Positions 11,561 through 24,873 of a stretch of 64,000 nt of DNA are shown here, piece after piece. Where the stretch lies: contig JBHGNT010000016.1 of assembly GCA_043228905.1 (NCBI GenBank), positions 3,534,001-3,598,000 of the forward strand, read 5' to 3'. Made by a program: the position numbers and the translations under genes. The DNA comes from Azolla caroliniana (lineage: Eukaryota > Plantae > Polypodiophyta). The notes under the pieces were generated by a model. That model was not told where the DNA came from. It did no database searches and saw only the letters and a list, made by a program, of their open reading frames with translations. Positions within the stretch are counted from its first letter, which is position 1, and every line of letters begins with the position of its first letter.

Positions 11561-12592
11561 CCGAGCCGGAGAGGAAGAAAGAACCAAGGGGGGAGATGAG
11601 TAGATAAAGGAAGCTGAGCCGACCGAAGAAGTCGGCACATCCAAACAAGTCGGAGCAAGCGGCAATGACGGCTGAGTCAAGAAGGATAGAGTTGACCGGA
11701 AGAAGGCCAAGACCCGGACGTGGTCCGATGTGGTGAAGGGCCTAAAAACGGAAGACGAATTGGAGACTACCAACTCGAACAAGAGCTGGAACGAATCGGA
11801 GGAAGCCGATTCGGTTCAATAGTTGGATTCGGAAGAGCCGGATCAACTAAAGGCCAAGCGGATAAGAAGGCAGCGAAAGTCGACACCGACACGGAGGAAC
11901 CGATGGTTCGACAAGCGCCTGAGTCATAGCAACGAAGGAGTTGAAATGGGCCTGTTGAGTAGACAAGCTGACCAAGGAGGACGAGGTGCGTAGAACCGGA
12001 CGGGTCGTGGGAAGCAGAATCGGACTAGACGAGGAGCGCGAGCAAGGCAAGAGGACACGAAAAGGATTCGGACGGAAGAACTGGCTACCACAAAAACTGA
12101 CACCACGATCAGACCTCAAGTTGAGCTTGAGGGGGAGTGTTGAGCGAGCAAGCTCAACCGGATCTGGATCGGCTGAATAAGCCAGAGCCTAACCGATATC
12201 CGAAACGGAGAACAGATCGGTGTCCGGATGGTATCCGGAACCAGGAGCCGGATCGGATTGAAACCGGTAGGCTGTTAGAGGCCTACAGATCCAGCCTAGT
12301 ACATAGGCATATTTTTGGGAGCCAATGACAATCGCTCATATGAGCATTGAAGCACCTGTCAGTACTTCTGTCAATCCTTTATGGACTTGTATAAAAGTGC
12401 TCTTTGAGCACATTCTATGTACATAGAGGATTATTATTTTAGAATAGAGTTTTATGTTCTCTCTCTCTCTCTTTCTCTGTCTCTCCCGTGTATGTTAAAT
12501 ATTCTCAAGCTTCCATTGAACCTATGTTTTTTATTCTTTGTTTCTGCCCGACTAAACCTGTTTTGTCAAGCTTCCGCACACTAACTTTTACA
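11561..12592 (+). mobile_element. 5'-truncated copia fragment: 3' internal region, PPT and 3' LTR (12138-12592)
   Basis: The PPT TTGAGCTTGAGGGGGAG precedes TGTTGAG...TTTACA. The LTR shares TACTTCTGTC..GGACTTGTATAAA with 3328-3360 and 37567-37599. Confidence 0.82.
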
Positions 12593-12639
12593 TTCCTTAC
12601 TAGACAAAATGTAGTTGTGTACTAGTCGTTGAATCTTAT

Positions 12640-13060
12640 GTATACTTTCCTTGGAGATTTTCTAGCATGATAGGTTGTACCACATCGTTGCGAGTAATAC
12701 CTGATTTTCCACATATGATGCAACTTGCTAGCGATAGTTTTTTCAAGCTCCAATGTATCAACTTTTGTCCAATGAAGTGAATAACTAGTGCAACCATCGT
12801 CTTCGGAGAAATGTTGAAGCCAATTTGGAAACCCAAATATTTAATGCTCTCTCCCTATTTCACTCAATACCAACAAGCTTCTATGATTGCTTTGTCCTGA
12901 CCAAAAACTTCCTCTGAAGTATGACAAGTGATTAAAAAAGTGAAGCAAGAGCGGGCTCGCATTTAGATGGAGCTTCTATTGTAGTTGAGTACACTAGTTT
13001 TGATAATAGCTCGACAAAAATTTCTACATCATCTGCTCTTTATCATACCTGCTTCCAAGA
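12640..13060 (-). mobile_element. Highly decayed LINE RT remnant
   Basis: The minus strand reads ESIKYLGFQIGFNISP...WSLKKLSLAS, the post-RT YLG / W..K.LS motifs also seen in the LINE at ~49250-49370. Confidence 0.5.
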
Positions 13061-14353
13061 GATAGACGACATGCAATATTTGTATCACAAGTTTTGTAAG
13101 GGAGCCAACTTTGACAAGCACAAACAAGCTAGCAAAACTCCTCAATGAGGCCAACATCGAGCCAACATCAACATATTGAAATGGAGTTCGTTCTTTCTGT
13201 ATAATCCACAATTGGTATAACAAACTATCGCTTGGTCGCTTCTTGGTCTTGGACACATTATTGTGCCCCTTTTCACATGTTCTAGTGAAAACCCTCCATT
13301 TAAAAATGATGCAATATATTATACATGTTGCGCCAACTTCAACATGAATTCCTCCAACAACTCCTATATTATTTGTTTTGAGCAACTACGCCAACATTTA
13401 CACATATGCCAAGCTAAAGGTTTTCCTTAAGGCTTCCCTCAAGGAATCACTTTTCACTTACATGAGACTCATGAACTTCATCAATTGCAACCTTGATGGA
13501 ATGCATTTGGACCTCGATTAGTGTCTACAATCCAACCCTTTTGCAATAGATGCTTTGTCTCAAAGCATCTCCTATATATAGAGAATTTGTAATTTTGTCA
13601 AGTTGTGCAATGCACCATTTGGTTGGGCGTGGGCCACTCATCAACTGGCATGGGGATTCGGGACAAGTAGGTTATACCTTGTATTCACAATTTCTAGTTG
13701 TATGCCCATTGGAGTGGTAGACAATGCACAAGAGTTGATGGGAGGCTTTTACAAAAATCATATGTATAACACCCTAAGTCACCTCCCAAAGCCCTGCAAA
13801 TGATCCCTTCCACTAGCTTGCCTCAATTATCACCATTGTCTAAGATTGATATCGCCTCATGGAACTTGGGTATGGTTACATGAACGAGTCTCAAATTGTG
13901 GGGATGGGGAGAGGGGGGGTGCTTTGCAGTACCCAACCAATGAGACATACTAAGAAAAGGATAGTCAACGTCAAAATGAAGTATCTTCACCTTGCACAAA
14001 AATAAATGGTGACATCTATCCCATGTACATGACGAGAAGTGAGGCATGTGACCATTAATGAGGACCTTGACACCCTATGCGCAGGCATGAGATAAATACT
14101 TTAATCTCCATCCCCTCACATAATTAGTAAGTATTCTATAAAACAAGACTACTATTGTCTCAAATTGTTAATTGAGCACACTGACATTTTGGGCTCACGA
14201 GAAGCTAACATACCTACTCTACTCTCCCAACAAATTACTCATGGTTCACTTGCAAAGTTCTAGTGAGAGTTGATGTTTGTCAATTTAAGTTGTGATCTGT
14301 AATACTCAATTTCCTAGAATAGAAAGTTTGAAGTATCCTCTAGATACCCTCAA

Positions 14354-17300
14354 GTGTATAGGGGGATTGAATCATCGGATCATTTCCCGGTTGTTTTGGA
14401 ATGCACACATCAAACTGTGGATGGTTTTAGATCTTTATTGGGGAGACAACCATTGAGATTTAATTTATCTTTTCTTGGACAGGATAAATTTAAACATGAT
14501 GTGGGAGAATTGGTGGGGGAGTTTACAAGACAAGTCAATGTCCACGGTGTTTCGTCATGGGATATTTGTCTTTCCAATATTCAACTATTTACACAATATT
14601 ATGGAATTTATCAAGCATCTATCCGTAAACAAAAGATGAGTTTATTACAACACTTTCTAGACAGATGTAATGTATTATTGGTAAAGATTCCATTTGATGA
14701 TGTGTTGTTGGATATTCAAGAGACACTGTCACAAGCTTTACAAGTATTGGAGGTTCGCAATTATCAACAATCACGGGTGATGGCTATGAAAAATGAAGTA
14801 CATGATCACAACTGTAATTCACATAAGTTTTACCATGGGTTGCAAGCATCTCATGCTAGAATGAATGTAGTAAGTGTAAAGATTGATGGAGCTTTAAATA
14901 GTAACCCACAAGTGATTATTGATAATTGTGTTAAACATTTCACGAATCTTTTTGGGCAAGACTTTATTATGAATTATGACATAACACAAACGTGATCGAT
15001 GTTATTTAACTCGGTCAAGGTGAGTGGTGAGCAACATGTCATGATTGCATTGGAGGAGGGAGGATATAAAGCAAGAGGTGGAATATGTATTGTCACATCT
15101 TGCAATTGATAAAATCCCGGGTTGGGATGACATTACGAATGAGTTTTTTAAAGCCTTTGTACTAGAACTCAAATCCCCTCTAACAATGATATTTCAAGAA
15201 ATGTGGAGTTCTAGTAAAATGCCCGATTCATGGAAAGTTGGTCTGGTAAACTTTACCAAAAGTTGCATCTCCTATGTCTTTTGCTCAATGGAGACCGATA
15301 TCATTAATCAGTGGGATGTATAAGATTTTTGCCAACGTAATTGCAAATAGACTTCAAAAGGTGTTGTCGTATATGGTCCATCCAATGCAATATGGGTTTA
15401 TTGAGGGAAGGGACATCCTGCATAATATTTTGTATGTGCAAATGGCAGTGGATTATGCAAAGGAATCCAAACAACAAATTGTAATGATACAACTCGACAT
15501 CAAGAAGGCATATGATCATGTAAGTTGGTCTTTTATTACTCAACTTATGTCTCATATGGGTTTTGGGGAAAGGATGTCTCGAATATCGTTGTTGTTGGGA
15601 TTAGGTGCAGTGTCACACATTATGTTAAATGGTGGAGTTACTAAGGCAATACCATTGAAAAAATCACTTAGACAATGATGCCCATTGAGTCCATTATTAT
15701 TTGCAATTGCTACACACTCAATTTTGGTGAAGATGCATGACTTGGCAACACGTGGGGAAATAGTTGGATTAGCTCTACCATCAGGGAAACAATTGATTGC
15801 CCAAGCATTGGCTGATGACTCCTTTTTATTTCTCAAAGCAACACATGATAACATAGCTAAGGCCATGGAGATGTGGAATGTGTTCGCATTGGCGTCGAGA
15901 TTACATATAAATATGCAGAAGTCGATGCTCATTAGATGCATTGAGAGTGATTTGGTTGATCTTGGATGGGGTGGCCAAATATTAGATCAAGGGAATGTGT
16001 GTCAACACTTAGGTTACCCTATTGGTGTTGATATCTCATCATCGCAAATTTTGAATTGGATATCAGGAACCATTTTGGACAATTTATGTATTGGAAGTCT
16101 CAAGTGTGGTCGTTTAGCTAGTTCACTTAAATATACACTATGGAAGAAAGAAACAAACCTTGGTATGAGTTGGGTATCATAGAACAATATTTGTACCCCA
16201 AAACAATTAGGGGGTGCTGCTTTACTAAATTTAGAAGATCATATGGTGGCTCGAAGATTCAATCTTTTGAAAGGTATGTGCATAGGTACCCAACCTTGGG
16301 CATAAATAATCACTTATTTTGTGGAAAAGGTTAGTATTTACCATGGGAAAACGAGAATTACAGCTTCATGGTGGCATGTTGCTAATAGTACCCGGCAATT
16401 TAAGTGTTCAGAATCTATTATGGTTCAACAATTGGTGCTTTCTTGGCAGCGGTGTTTGAAGTTGTTTAATTGGAGGCCTCCTGAGAACAGAAAAGATATA
16501 AATTCATTGGCAGCAGAGGTGTTGGCAGCTTCAAGGATATTACACTAGGATGGAAAAGAAAGTCTAAATTCATAGTTCAATTGAATGGCAAGGCTAGGCT
16601 TGGTAACTGTGGAAGATGGTATTTTAGAGTCATGTAGGAAAAAGATGGCCTTTTGGACAGTAAAAAATAAGTTTCATATACCACGTGGATATGGTATATT
16701 TGGCAATCAATATTTTCCCAATTCCAGAGCTGGTGGTCGAGGAACCATGGAAAGATTGGTCATTTGGTAATGGGAAATCGATTTATGTGGTGCACACTGA
16801 TGATGTGTACCATAAGTTGGTTGAAGATAGAGCTTGGTTAGCAAATAAGGTGTTGGATACATGGTACATTACTCAACATGCAAAGTGGTGGCGTAGAGTT
16901 TTGGATGCAGGATGGTAGTCTCATCTTCCATTTCGTGCTAAGGTGTTTCTTTGGCGTGTGATTGTTGGTGGGTTGCATTTGGCGATGACCTTAAAACGAA
17001 AACATATTTCGAATAGGACATGTTTTTTCTATACGGTGGTTGAAGAAGATGCCAGACATAGGTTCATTACATGTTCGGTTGCTAAAGCCATTTGGGTGAT
17101 TATGTCACAAATTTGGGCATCGATAACAAGAAATATTTTGTCACCTTATAAATGGGTTTTTATGGATGAGGATAAAGTTATGCCCACACCATCGTATAAG
17201 GTTGTTTTTTATTACCTTAGATATTGGGGGATGTGGTTTAATTGGACCATGAGAAATAAGTTCTTGTTTGATGGACTTCATGGGATAACACAACAACTTT

Positions 17301-17365
17301 GTAGGATGAAAGGGAAATTGATTTGGCAATTTTCACAACTATGTCGTAGTCCCAAGAGGAGATAG
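14354..17365 (+). mobile_element. L1-like LINE ORF2, 5'-truncated, with stops and frameshifts
   Basis: EN end SDHFPV. RT motifs IPGWDDITNEFFK, WRPISL, LDIKKAYDHVSW, LRQ*CPLSPLLF, ALADD and HLGYPIG. C-terminal zf-RVT-like EDARHRFITC. Confidence 0.9.
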
Positions 17366-19209
17366 ACTTATGTCATCTAGTTTTACAACACTTGAGAGGG
17401 TTTCCCTTGCACTATCACTATTTATGAAGCAGTGAAGATAGCAAGGGTTGTATTATCATCTTGTTTTAATAACAAACATTGATTTACGAAAAGAGAGAGA
17501 GAGAGAGAGAGACTTAGATTATAAACGGATATAAAAGCAATAACCTAAATTTAAAATTGATCATTTTGATGCCTTGGAGCTAAAGCCTCTCTCTCCTCAT
17601 TAAAATTAGCTTGCCCTAATGGTGAGTTGATAGACTACTAATCTGCAAATCGCTTTGGTTTGGAATTTAGTTTTTAACGCAAAGAACAAAGCACATTGAA
17701 ATTGCTATCACATCGTCTAACACTACAAGTGGAAGAACCAAACCACTTTGCTAAAAGTGCACACATCAGAAAGTGACATAGATGCATTGACAAAGGCTCT
17801 CTCTGACATCTATTATCCATTTTGAACACTATCGTAAGTTGATGCTTATGCAAAGTGGATCCTGCATCATGAATTGACATTAGAGTGTCAATTGGGAACT
17901 CTTGCGCCGAAATGAGTCGTAGGTTGTTGCATTTAAACATTAGGTAAGAGATGGGTTACCTACATCACCAAAATGAAAATGCCTATCCATGCAAAGCAGA
18001 GGTAGTTTCCTCCATACACACATGCACACACATACACAATTGTCTGGAAGGGACAAACTAAAACATTGTGTTGACACTGTTGGCAAATATCTAGGCACGA
18101 AATGTGGTAACCTTTCTAGCACTTATTTTTTGCCAAAAACATACAAGAAAAGTCGGAACTAGTGTAGGTATAAAATAGTGACAAAAATCAATAGATTGGA
18201 TAAGACATGCCCGTAGTCATAAAAAACTTACAAGGATTATAGATAAATAACACAAGGACGTCACAATTCTTTAAAACCACAATGAAGAGTTGTTCCCAAA
18301 GTTCCTCCTTAATATATCGCAGAACACACAACCTTATCTTTTGAGTGGCCTAGAAATATGAAAGATCTAGAAGTCTTTTCAATTGTGGAATTGATTGATA
18401 GACTTAAGGATAATCGTATGTTGGCACTTGGTCGGATGACACACTAGTGGAAAAGGTTGATTGGGTTGGCTTGATGTGAGTCCTCCAAGATTAAGCATAT
18501 AAAGAGATATCATTTCCAATGTTTACCTCCCTATTATAACATTTCTTCACCAATGTTTTGAGTTTTGTCTAGATTCGCCCAATTTTTTTGTTGAAGCATA
18601 TCCAATCTCCAAGCCATGAAAAAACAATCACTACTAGACACTAGTTATTGGTATTTACCCAAACATTGATGAAATATCATTTACCCAAAAAATTTCCTAC
18701 TTTACCAATTGTTTGGGAGCAAGGTAAGGATGCCATGAGTGAAGTCCTATCTTGAATGCCCTAGCTTAGTCCTTTCATTAAATACCTCTATGTGCTCGTC
18801 TCACACTCATTTGGAGCATAATCATAATCCATTATCTACTTAACAACCATAACATACTATTATGGTTCATGTGTTGGTTCTAAGCATGTGTACCCATGTG
18901 CAATGTTTTTACATGTAAACTCGTGGTTAATTATGCTAGTGTATCTAACAATATATGTTAATGTATAACATGAAGAATTTTTGTGAGTGCTTGTTGTTTT
19001 TTATATGCATGAGTTGGTGAGTGCTTGTATGTGTCTATGTGCATGTAGTTGTAGTGCAAATGTGTAAGCATTTATTGTTTTTTACCTATAGATTCATATA
19101 AGTGCATGTGGGTAGGTGTAACTATGTGTATGTATATGTAAGTGTGTGAACGAGTTTGTGTATGGGTTTTGGTATGTTTAATTCTTCAAGGGGGGAGGGG
19201 AACTTTAAG

Positions 19210-19928
19210 TGATACGTTTTATGTATGTATATAGGTTTTGATCATGGGATGTGTATGGAGCTTTCCCTTTCTTGTCTATGTAGCTTCAGTCTTTATGAGA
19301 TCGTCCTTGCTAAGTCTTAAGTAAGCTTATGTTAGCATAATAAGAGGATCAACTCGGGCACATTGGTGATGTACTCACACATAGAGGTGAATCTTGCAAT
19401 TCTTTTTCTCTTGGGCGTCCATGTTTCTTATTTGTTCTTGTCTCCTATTAAGGGAAATAATGTCATATTTGGGTTAGTATTTCCAATCGCAAACGGTGGT
19501 CATATGCCAAATGTATGTAAGAAACATTGTTATATTGTAATTTGAGGGGAACTACCCTTTATTATATAAGAATGGCTAATGGTTAATGGGCTTGTGATGT
19601 AAAAGGGATGCTTTTGGTTTCAACTTGTATAAAAAGACGAGTTACTACTTGTGTAAACGGGGTCTTTGGGTGCCCCAAATTGGGGGCTATCTTTTGGTCC
19701 TCATTCTCTCCCTTTTGCATCCGCAAAGACCCACATTGCTCCGTTTAGCTTTCCCATACTAATTAATAGATATATACATGTTTTTTATTTAGTAATTATC
19801 TATTTAATTGAGACATTTCATATCTTTTTTATCTAGTACAGTAGTCATATATTTAATTAAGACAACTATATTTCCAAATTCACCTTCCTTGTTTCTCAAT
19901 CTCTCATATTCAAGTTTTACAAATATCA
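19210..19928 (+). repeat. Possible old LTR
   Basis: TGATA...TATCA termini with a purine tract (GGGGGGAGGGG) just upstream. No TSD or partner LTR was seen. Confidence 0.25.
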
Positions 19929-20995
19929 AAGCGTCAAAATTCATTGAAATAAAGCTTTAGATAGGAATTTCTCGAGTGCAAGATTCAAACTTGCATCTTT
20001 ATCTTCCGAAAATTTTGGTGTTCTCCCATTGGGTAACGCTCGATCATGAGAAATTGACTGACCATCTGGGGTTCAACTTAATCCAATGTGTGAACTTGTC
20101 TACACAACTTGACATTAGCATCATGTGGATTCGTCCACACGAAGGAACTTTTAAAAGTAAAAATCTCCCCCGTGGGGAACCTAAGGCCCCATAGGAACCT
20201 CCCCATTGATGGTTCATGAACGATTGTGTGGACTTGTCCATGCGAAGGTTTTCTTAAAAGGTTCCTCTGTGGGAAGCCCTCTCGATATTGAGTTATATTG
20301 TGTAGGGTTTTGTGCACGAAGGGATTCCTTTGTGGGTGTGAACATTTGTGGGGCCTTGCATGACAATCAAGGGAAGAAGAGAGGTATAAGACGAGTAATG
20401 TCGAGGACCATTGAAATACCCTTGAAATTCCAATAATTTGTGCTTAAACATACACTCACTATTTCCTTAAGTATACAATCTCCCCTAAATTATAAGACAT
20501 AAACATCATACACACGCTTACATAGGTTTATGCATAGGCACATAGACACACAACTACACATAAACATCTACACACATGCACAAACATATTTAAACGCAAA
20601 TTCATTCCATGCAATTTTCTTCATGTACACATTCACATGAGTGGGCACTTTAGAGCTCCTACTAACAAAAACACACACACAAGCACATCAAGGGCACTTG
20701 CACAAAACATATATGTGCTATACACATTTGCACATAAACTCACAAGAGCGAGTCTCATCCACAAGCACACACACATGCATGCAAAAATATGCACGTGCAC
20801 ATGGGGAATTAACTAGAACACACTCTTATATTCCTCTCTCTTGCAAACTAAAGATAAAGGTTTGTTAGAAGTGTGACTACATTCCAACACACACACAATC
20901 ACCAAATTTAAGGTGCATCATATTTTATAGCACATATAGTGTGGATCTACAAATGCACTCATGCAAGTCAAGAAGGGAAAGTTCATTAGAAACGG

Positions 20996-22008
20996 TGTCG
21001 TGAAGATTTCCGATTACGGTGAGAAACTCGGGTAGGACAAATAAAATGGGGATGTGCAACATTGCACATGCACTTGTAAATTTGTATAATGAGAATAAGA
21101 TAACAAAATGTAAGGGGAAGGGTAATAATCTAAGGTGCACCATGAGGTTCGTAAAGGCATAAAGGTGATGTGCACTTTGTAGACTAGAGGAAAGTACATG
21201 AAGAATGGGTGTAGGGGGTAGGCATTGAGTGTGAATGTGAGAGGAGAGAGAGTTAAAGGCCCACCGATTTAAGATCAAGGAAAAATATTCCCCATTGAAA
21301 GAAGGGAATTTGACCTCTCCTTTTGTAATGTGCCTCACCCCTTACTACTATAAAAGGGAGTGAGAGGTCTCTTGTGAAGCAGTTGCCTATTTTGAGTGAG
21401 GAGGGGCTTCCACTTTTGGGGTTTTCTTTGGGGAGTCGCCATTTTGTTGTTTGGGGGTAGACCATGAGGGTTTTAATGATTCCTATTTCTTTTTAGGGTT
21501 TGCAGTTTTAGGATCTCGTTTTTAGGGTTTCATTCTTCTTCTTCTTCTTCTTCTTTACCTATCCGGTTAGGGTTTCTTCTAGGGTTTTGATTTGGCTTAC
21601 ACGGCCATGGTTGTAATCGTATAGTGGATTCTTAATATAGTTTATTGATGTATCTTGTCTCTATTTTCTCTACCATGCCATTAGGGTTTCGGAATTTTGG
21701 GTTTTAGGATCTCGTTTTAGGGGTTTCATTCGTCTTCTTCTTCTTCTTCTTCTTTTCCCCTATCTGGTTAGGGTTTCATCTAGAGGGTTTAGATTCGGCC
21801 CACACCACCACGATTGTAGTTGGTGTGGTGCTTTCCATAATGTATCTTGTCTTGTTTAGATCTTATTCTCTTGAATCTTAATCTCTCAAATCTTAATCTT
21901 TCTCTTCTTTCTCGGTTGAACTCCCAAGCTTCTCTCCCTCCTCTTACTCCCTAGTCCAAGACCCCCGTGGTCCTATCTTATCCGACACACACGTGGATTT
22001 TCGCGACA
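20996..22008 (+). mobile_element. Solo LTR of the Trp-primed gypsy family with a perfect 4-bp TSD (ACGG)
   Basis: TGTCGTGAAGA...CGCGACA termini, and the core CCCTAGTCCAAGACCCCCGTGGTCC is the reverse complement of the core in LTRs B and C. ACGG is at 20992-20995 and 22009-22012. Confidence 0.88.
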
Positions 22009-22877
22009 ACGGAACCATGTGTCAACGCACAAGTCGAACTCTTGCAATCTTTCATCAACCAAGTTTTCATTTCCATCTTCTCGGGTTTAGATCCTAGGCG
22101 GTCTTGCTCGCATCTTTCATACCTTTAGATATTTTGACTTTATACATCCTTCATACCCTTCCTGGACAATCCTAGTCACCTCTATCAATCTTCCTTGGTT
22201 CTAGTCCTTGACACTCCCACTCATATCATTCATACCCCTCTTCATTGAGTTGTGTAGTTCCCTCAAGGGTTTCCCATGTGTGAAAACCTACTCGTTTATA
22301 TTAAAAACATGTTGTGTTCTTTAATTGATTAGCTCCAACCTCAACCTAACTCTTCTTTTTATCTCACCGGTCGATTATCTCCTCAATCTTTTTCTTCCCT
22401 TACATTCTACAAGTAATATTTTGTTATCATGTACAATTCCCATCAAAAGTCATTTGAAGCCATTGTTCACCTAATTTTAATATAGTTTTAACATAATGAA
22501 AAACAAGAAGATGCTAACTCATAATTTCAATTACAAATAAGAATCTAGACAAGGCAACTAAAGCATCATCTTGTGCTTTTCATGTAATATTTATTACATT
22601 TCATTTATTTCAAATTAAATTTTTTGATAACACGAAATAACTTCAATGTAGTAGCCAACAAATGCAAAGAAAAGTGTTTGTCAATATAATATATAGACTA
22701 AAATAATTGGTGTTCCACCACTTATTCATTATGGAAAAATGGATGGTGCAAGATAACAATTTCGTCGTGGTAACAATTTCAAAACGCAAATTATTTTACA
22801 TTCTCATTTGTATCTAATCTCCATTTCTCAATAGATTAACCATGAAATGTAAGAGCTTCACAAACAAAAACATACAT

Positions 22878-23686
22878 ATGGAAAGGATATGATAGTTGAC
22901 CCCAACCCGAGTGAGATCAAACCAACGATAAGGTTTCTTGCAAAAAATGGAAAAGATATGATAGTTGACCCCAAGCCGAGTGAGATCAAACCAACAACAG
23001 TGTGTTGGCCGATAGAAGGGCATTCAAATCTGCTATCATGGGACCCAACAATGTATTTCTGGAGAACTCAAGGACAAATTGATGGTGCCAAGTTGGTTCA
23101 ATTTTTTAGGTACAACACGAAAATCGGGAGGCAAATTATACTAAAACAAGAACACAAAGATATTGCAGCTAGTAAATTTTGGATACAAGAGGGCATTAGT
23201 GAAAGGAGATTAGCTAAATTCTGGAAAATGATATGGCATGACAATGGTGACCGCAAGATAATGATGTGCTTATGGCTTATTGTGCATAGAGTCTTGCCGA
23301 TAGGGGTGTGGGCTAAAGGCCCCAATGTAGACCCTAGATGTAGTGCATGTGGATAGCCAGAAAGCATTTCCCATTGTCTATGGGACTGTCATGAGGCAAC
23401 GACCATATGGAGAAGGGCATTACGATTGTTATGCCATGCCTCTAGCTCATTTACCCTCAAATGGGGACATGCTTGTTGGAACTGTCTTGATGATGATGTG
23501 GAGAAATTTGAGAGCGTGACATGCAAAGCAATGTACAGAGGGGAGAATGGAACTATTCGATTGATAACTGATAACAATGCACCTACATGTAATGCCCATA
23601 AGCAAAAAATTGGAGATCTATGGATGTTGCTTGCACCCATTATCATATGGAACATTTGGACAACAAGATGTACCAGGTCATTTTAA
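22878..23686 (+). mobile_element. LINE ORF2 3' fragment (zf-RVT region)
   Basis: WKMIW...LWLIVHRVLPIG...CSACG*PESISHCLWDC...IIWNIWTTRC. A ~70-bp tandem duplication lies at its 5' end. Confidence 0.8.
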
Positions 23687-24779
23687 CTAATGGAGTACAT
23701 ATGGAAAAAGGTTAACTAATTGGTTGAAAAATGCATTGTTGTTATCCAATAAATGTACGCACAAGTATATTCAATTTACTTACATCAATTTCATCAAAGT
23801 TAGTTTCCTAATCACATGGAAAATTAAGATTAAGCACATAATTACACCGTCAAAATATGAGTCATAAAGAAGCGGGCAATACTCGAATTGTCCAAACATA
23901 ATTTAGTTTGTTGATTGCGCCTCTCTTTAGAAAGTGGACATTTTTCTAAAAGAAGCTTAAGCTTGCTAAATACATTCAATGTCAACTTTCATGTTACTAG
24001 GAGCTCAAATACAAATGGGAATGTATGAACTTTTGAAAATAAGCGCGCATCCTTTTTGAATTTGTCTTACGCTCTCATAGTATGACATTAAAGCTCCTTG
24101 CCCGCGCTTCTACAACATGCATCGAATGCACAATTCAATGGATCATGTCGGTGACATTATTTCATTTCCATCATTTTTAATGCTAAGCAATGAATTGTTT
24201 CTCCATCACATTTTGTACACGCAATGATGTAGTAAGCATTCATTTTACAACAAACAAATTATTTAATGCATACTCTTCTTTGACAAAAGCCCCTTCATTG
24301 TTATGTTAAATACCAAGGAAAACTATAAATAATTTCCTTTTCTTTCCCATTTAACATATAACTATAGAGTTTTGTAGTACTCCATATCATACATATAGTC
24401 TTTGAAGGCTTTTATATTGAACGATGTAACAACCAATATTACACAAGTTTTAAAGGCCAACATCTGCCATTAAACATATTTCTACATAAATTTAATAATG
24501 AAGCAATTAAGGAGTCACATTCTAGCATATTCTTTTGTGGGGTACAGGTATACTAATGTTTATATATATATATATATATATACATAATATATCTCCAACT
24601 CAAACAAATGTATTTGTCCTTTTTTAGGTTGCATGGTGTCAATGCACTTAAGAGGTTACATTCATAAACATAAGTAAATTCCTATTAATGAATATTGAAC
24701 ACTTTAACGCTAGTGGCGTTGATTCCCCTTACACTAGTAAGGTCGAAATGTTGAATGCTAGCATTGAAGAGGAAGCTAG

Positions 24780-24873
24780 ACAAAAGGTGTGGGCATAAAG
24801 AATTTGTTTTGTAGGTTGAGTCAAGAAAGATTCTCCAAACTCCCGTCACCCGTGCATGATGGAAAATCTTCAA
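24780..24873 (-). mobile_element. Possible Mutator/MULE transposase remnant
   Basis: IFLDSTYKTN resembles the MULE/FAR1 D(A/S)TYKTN first catalytic-Asp motif. Flanking coding signal was not recovered. Confidence 0.4.

Noticed and set aside
15799-15825. RT active-site variants ALADD (here) and EFADD (~49550) as novel enzymology
   Set aside because: FADD is common in plant L1 elements, and LADD in a decayed copy may be a post-insertion mutation.
18960-20630. Loose inverted similarity between GT-rich 18960-19140 and CA-rich 20450-20630
   Set aside because: Low-complexity and too diverged to define TIRs or a hairpin by eye.
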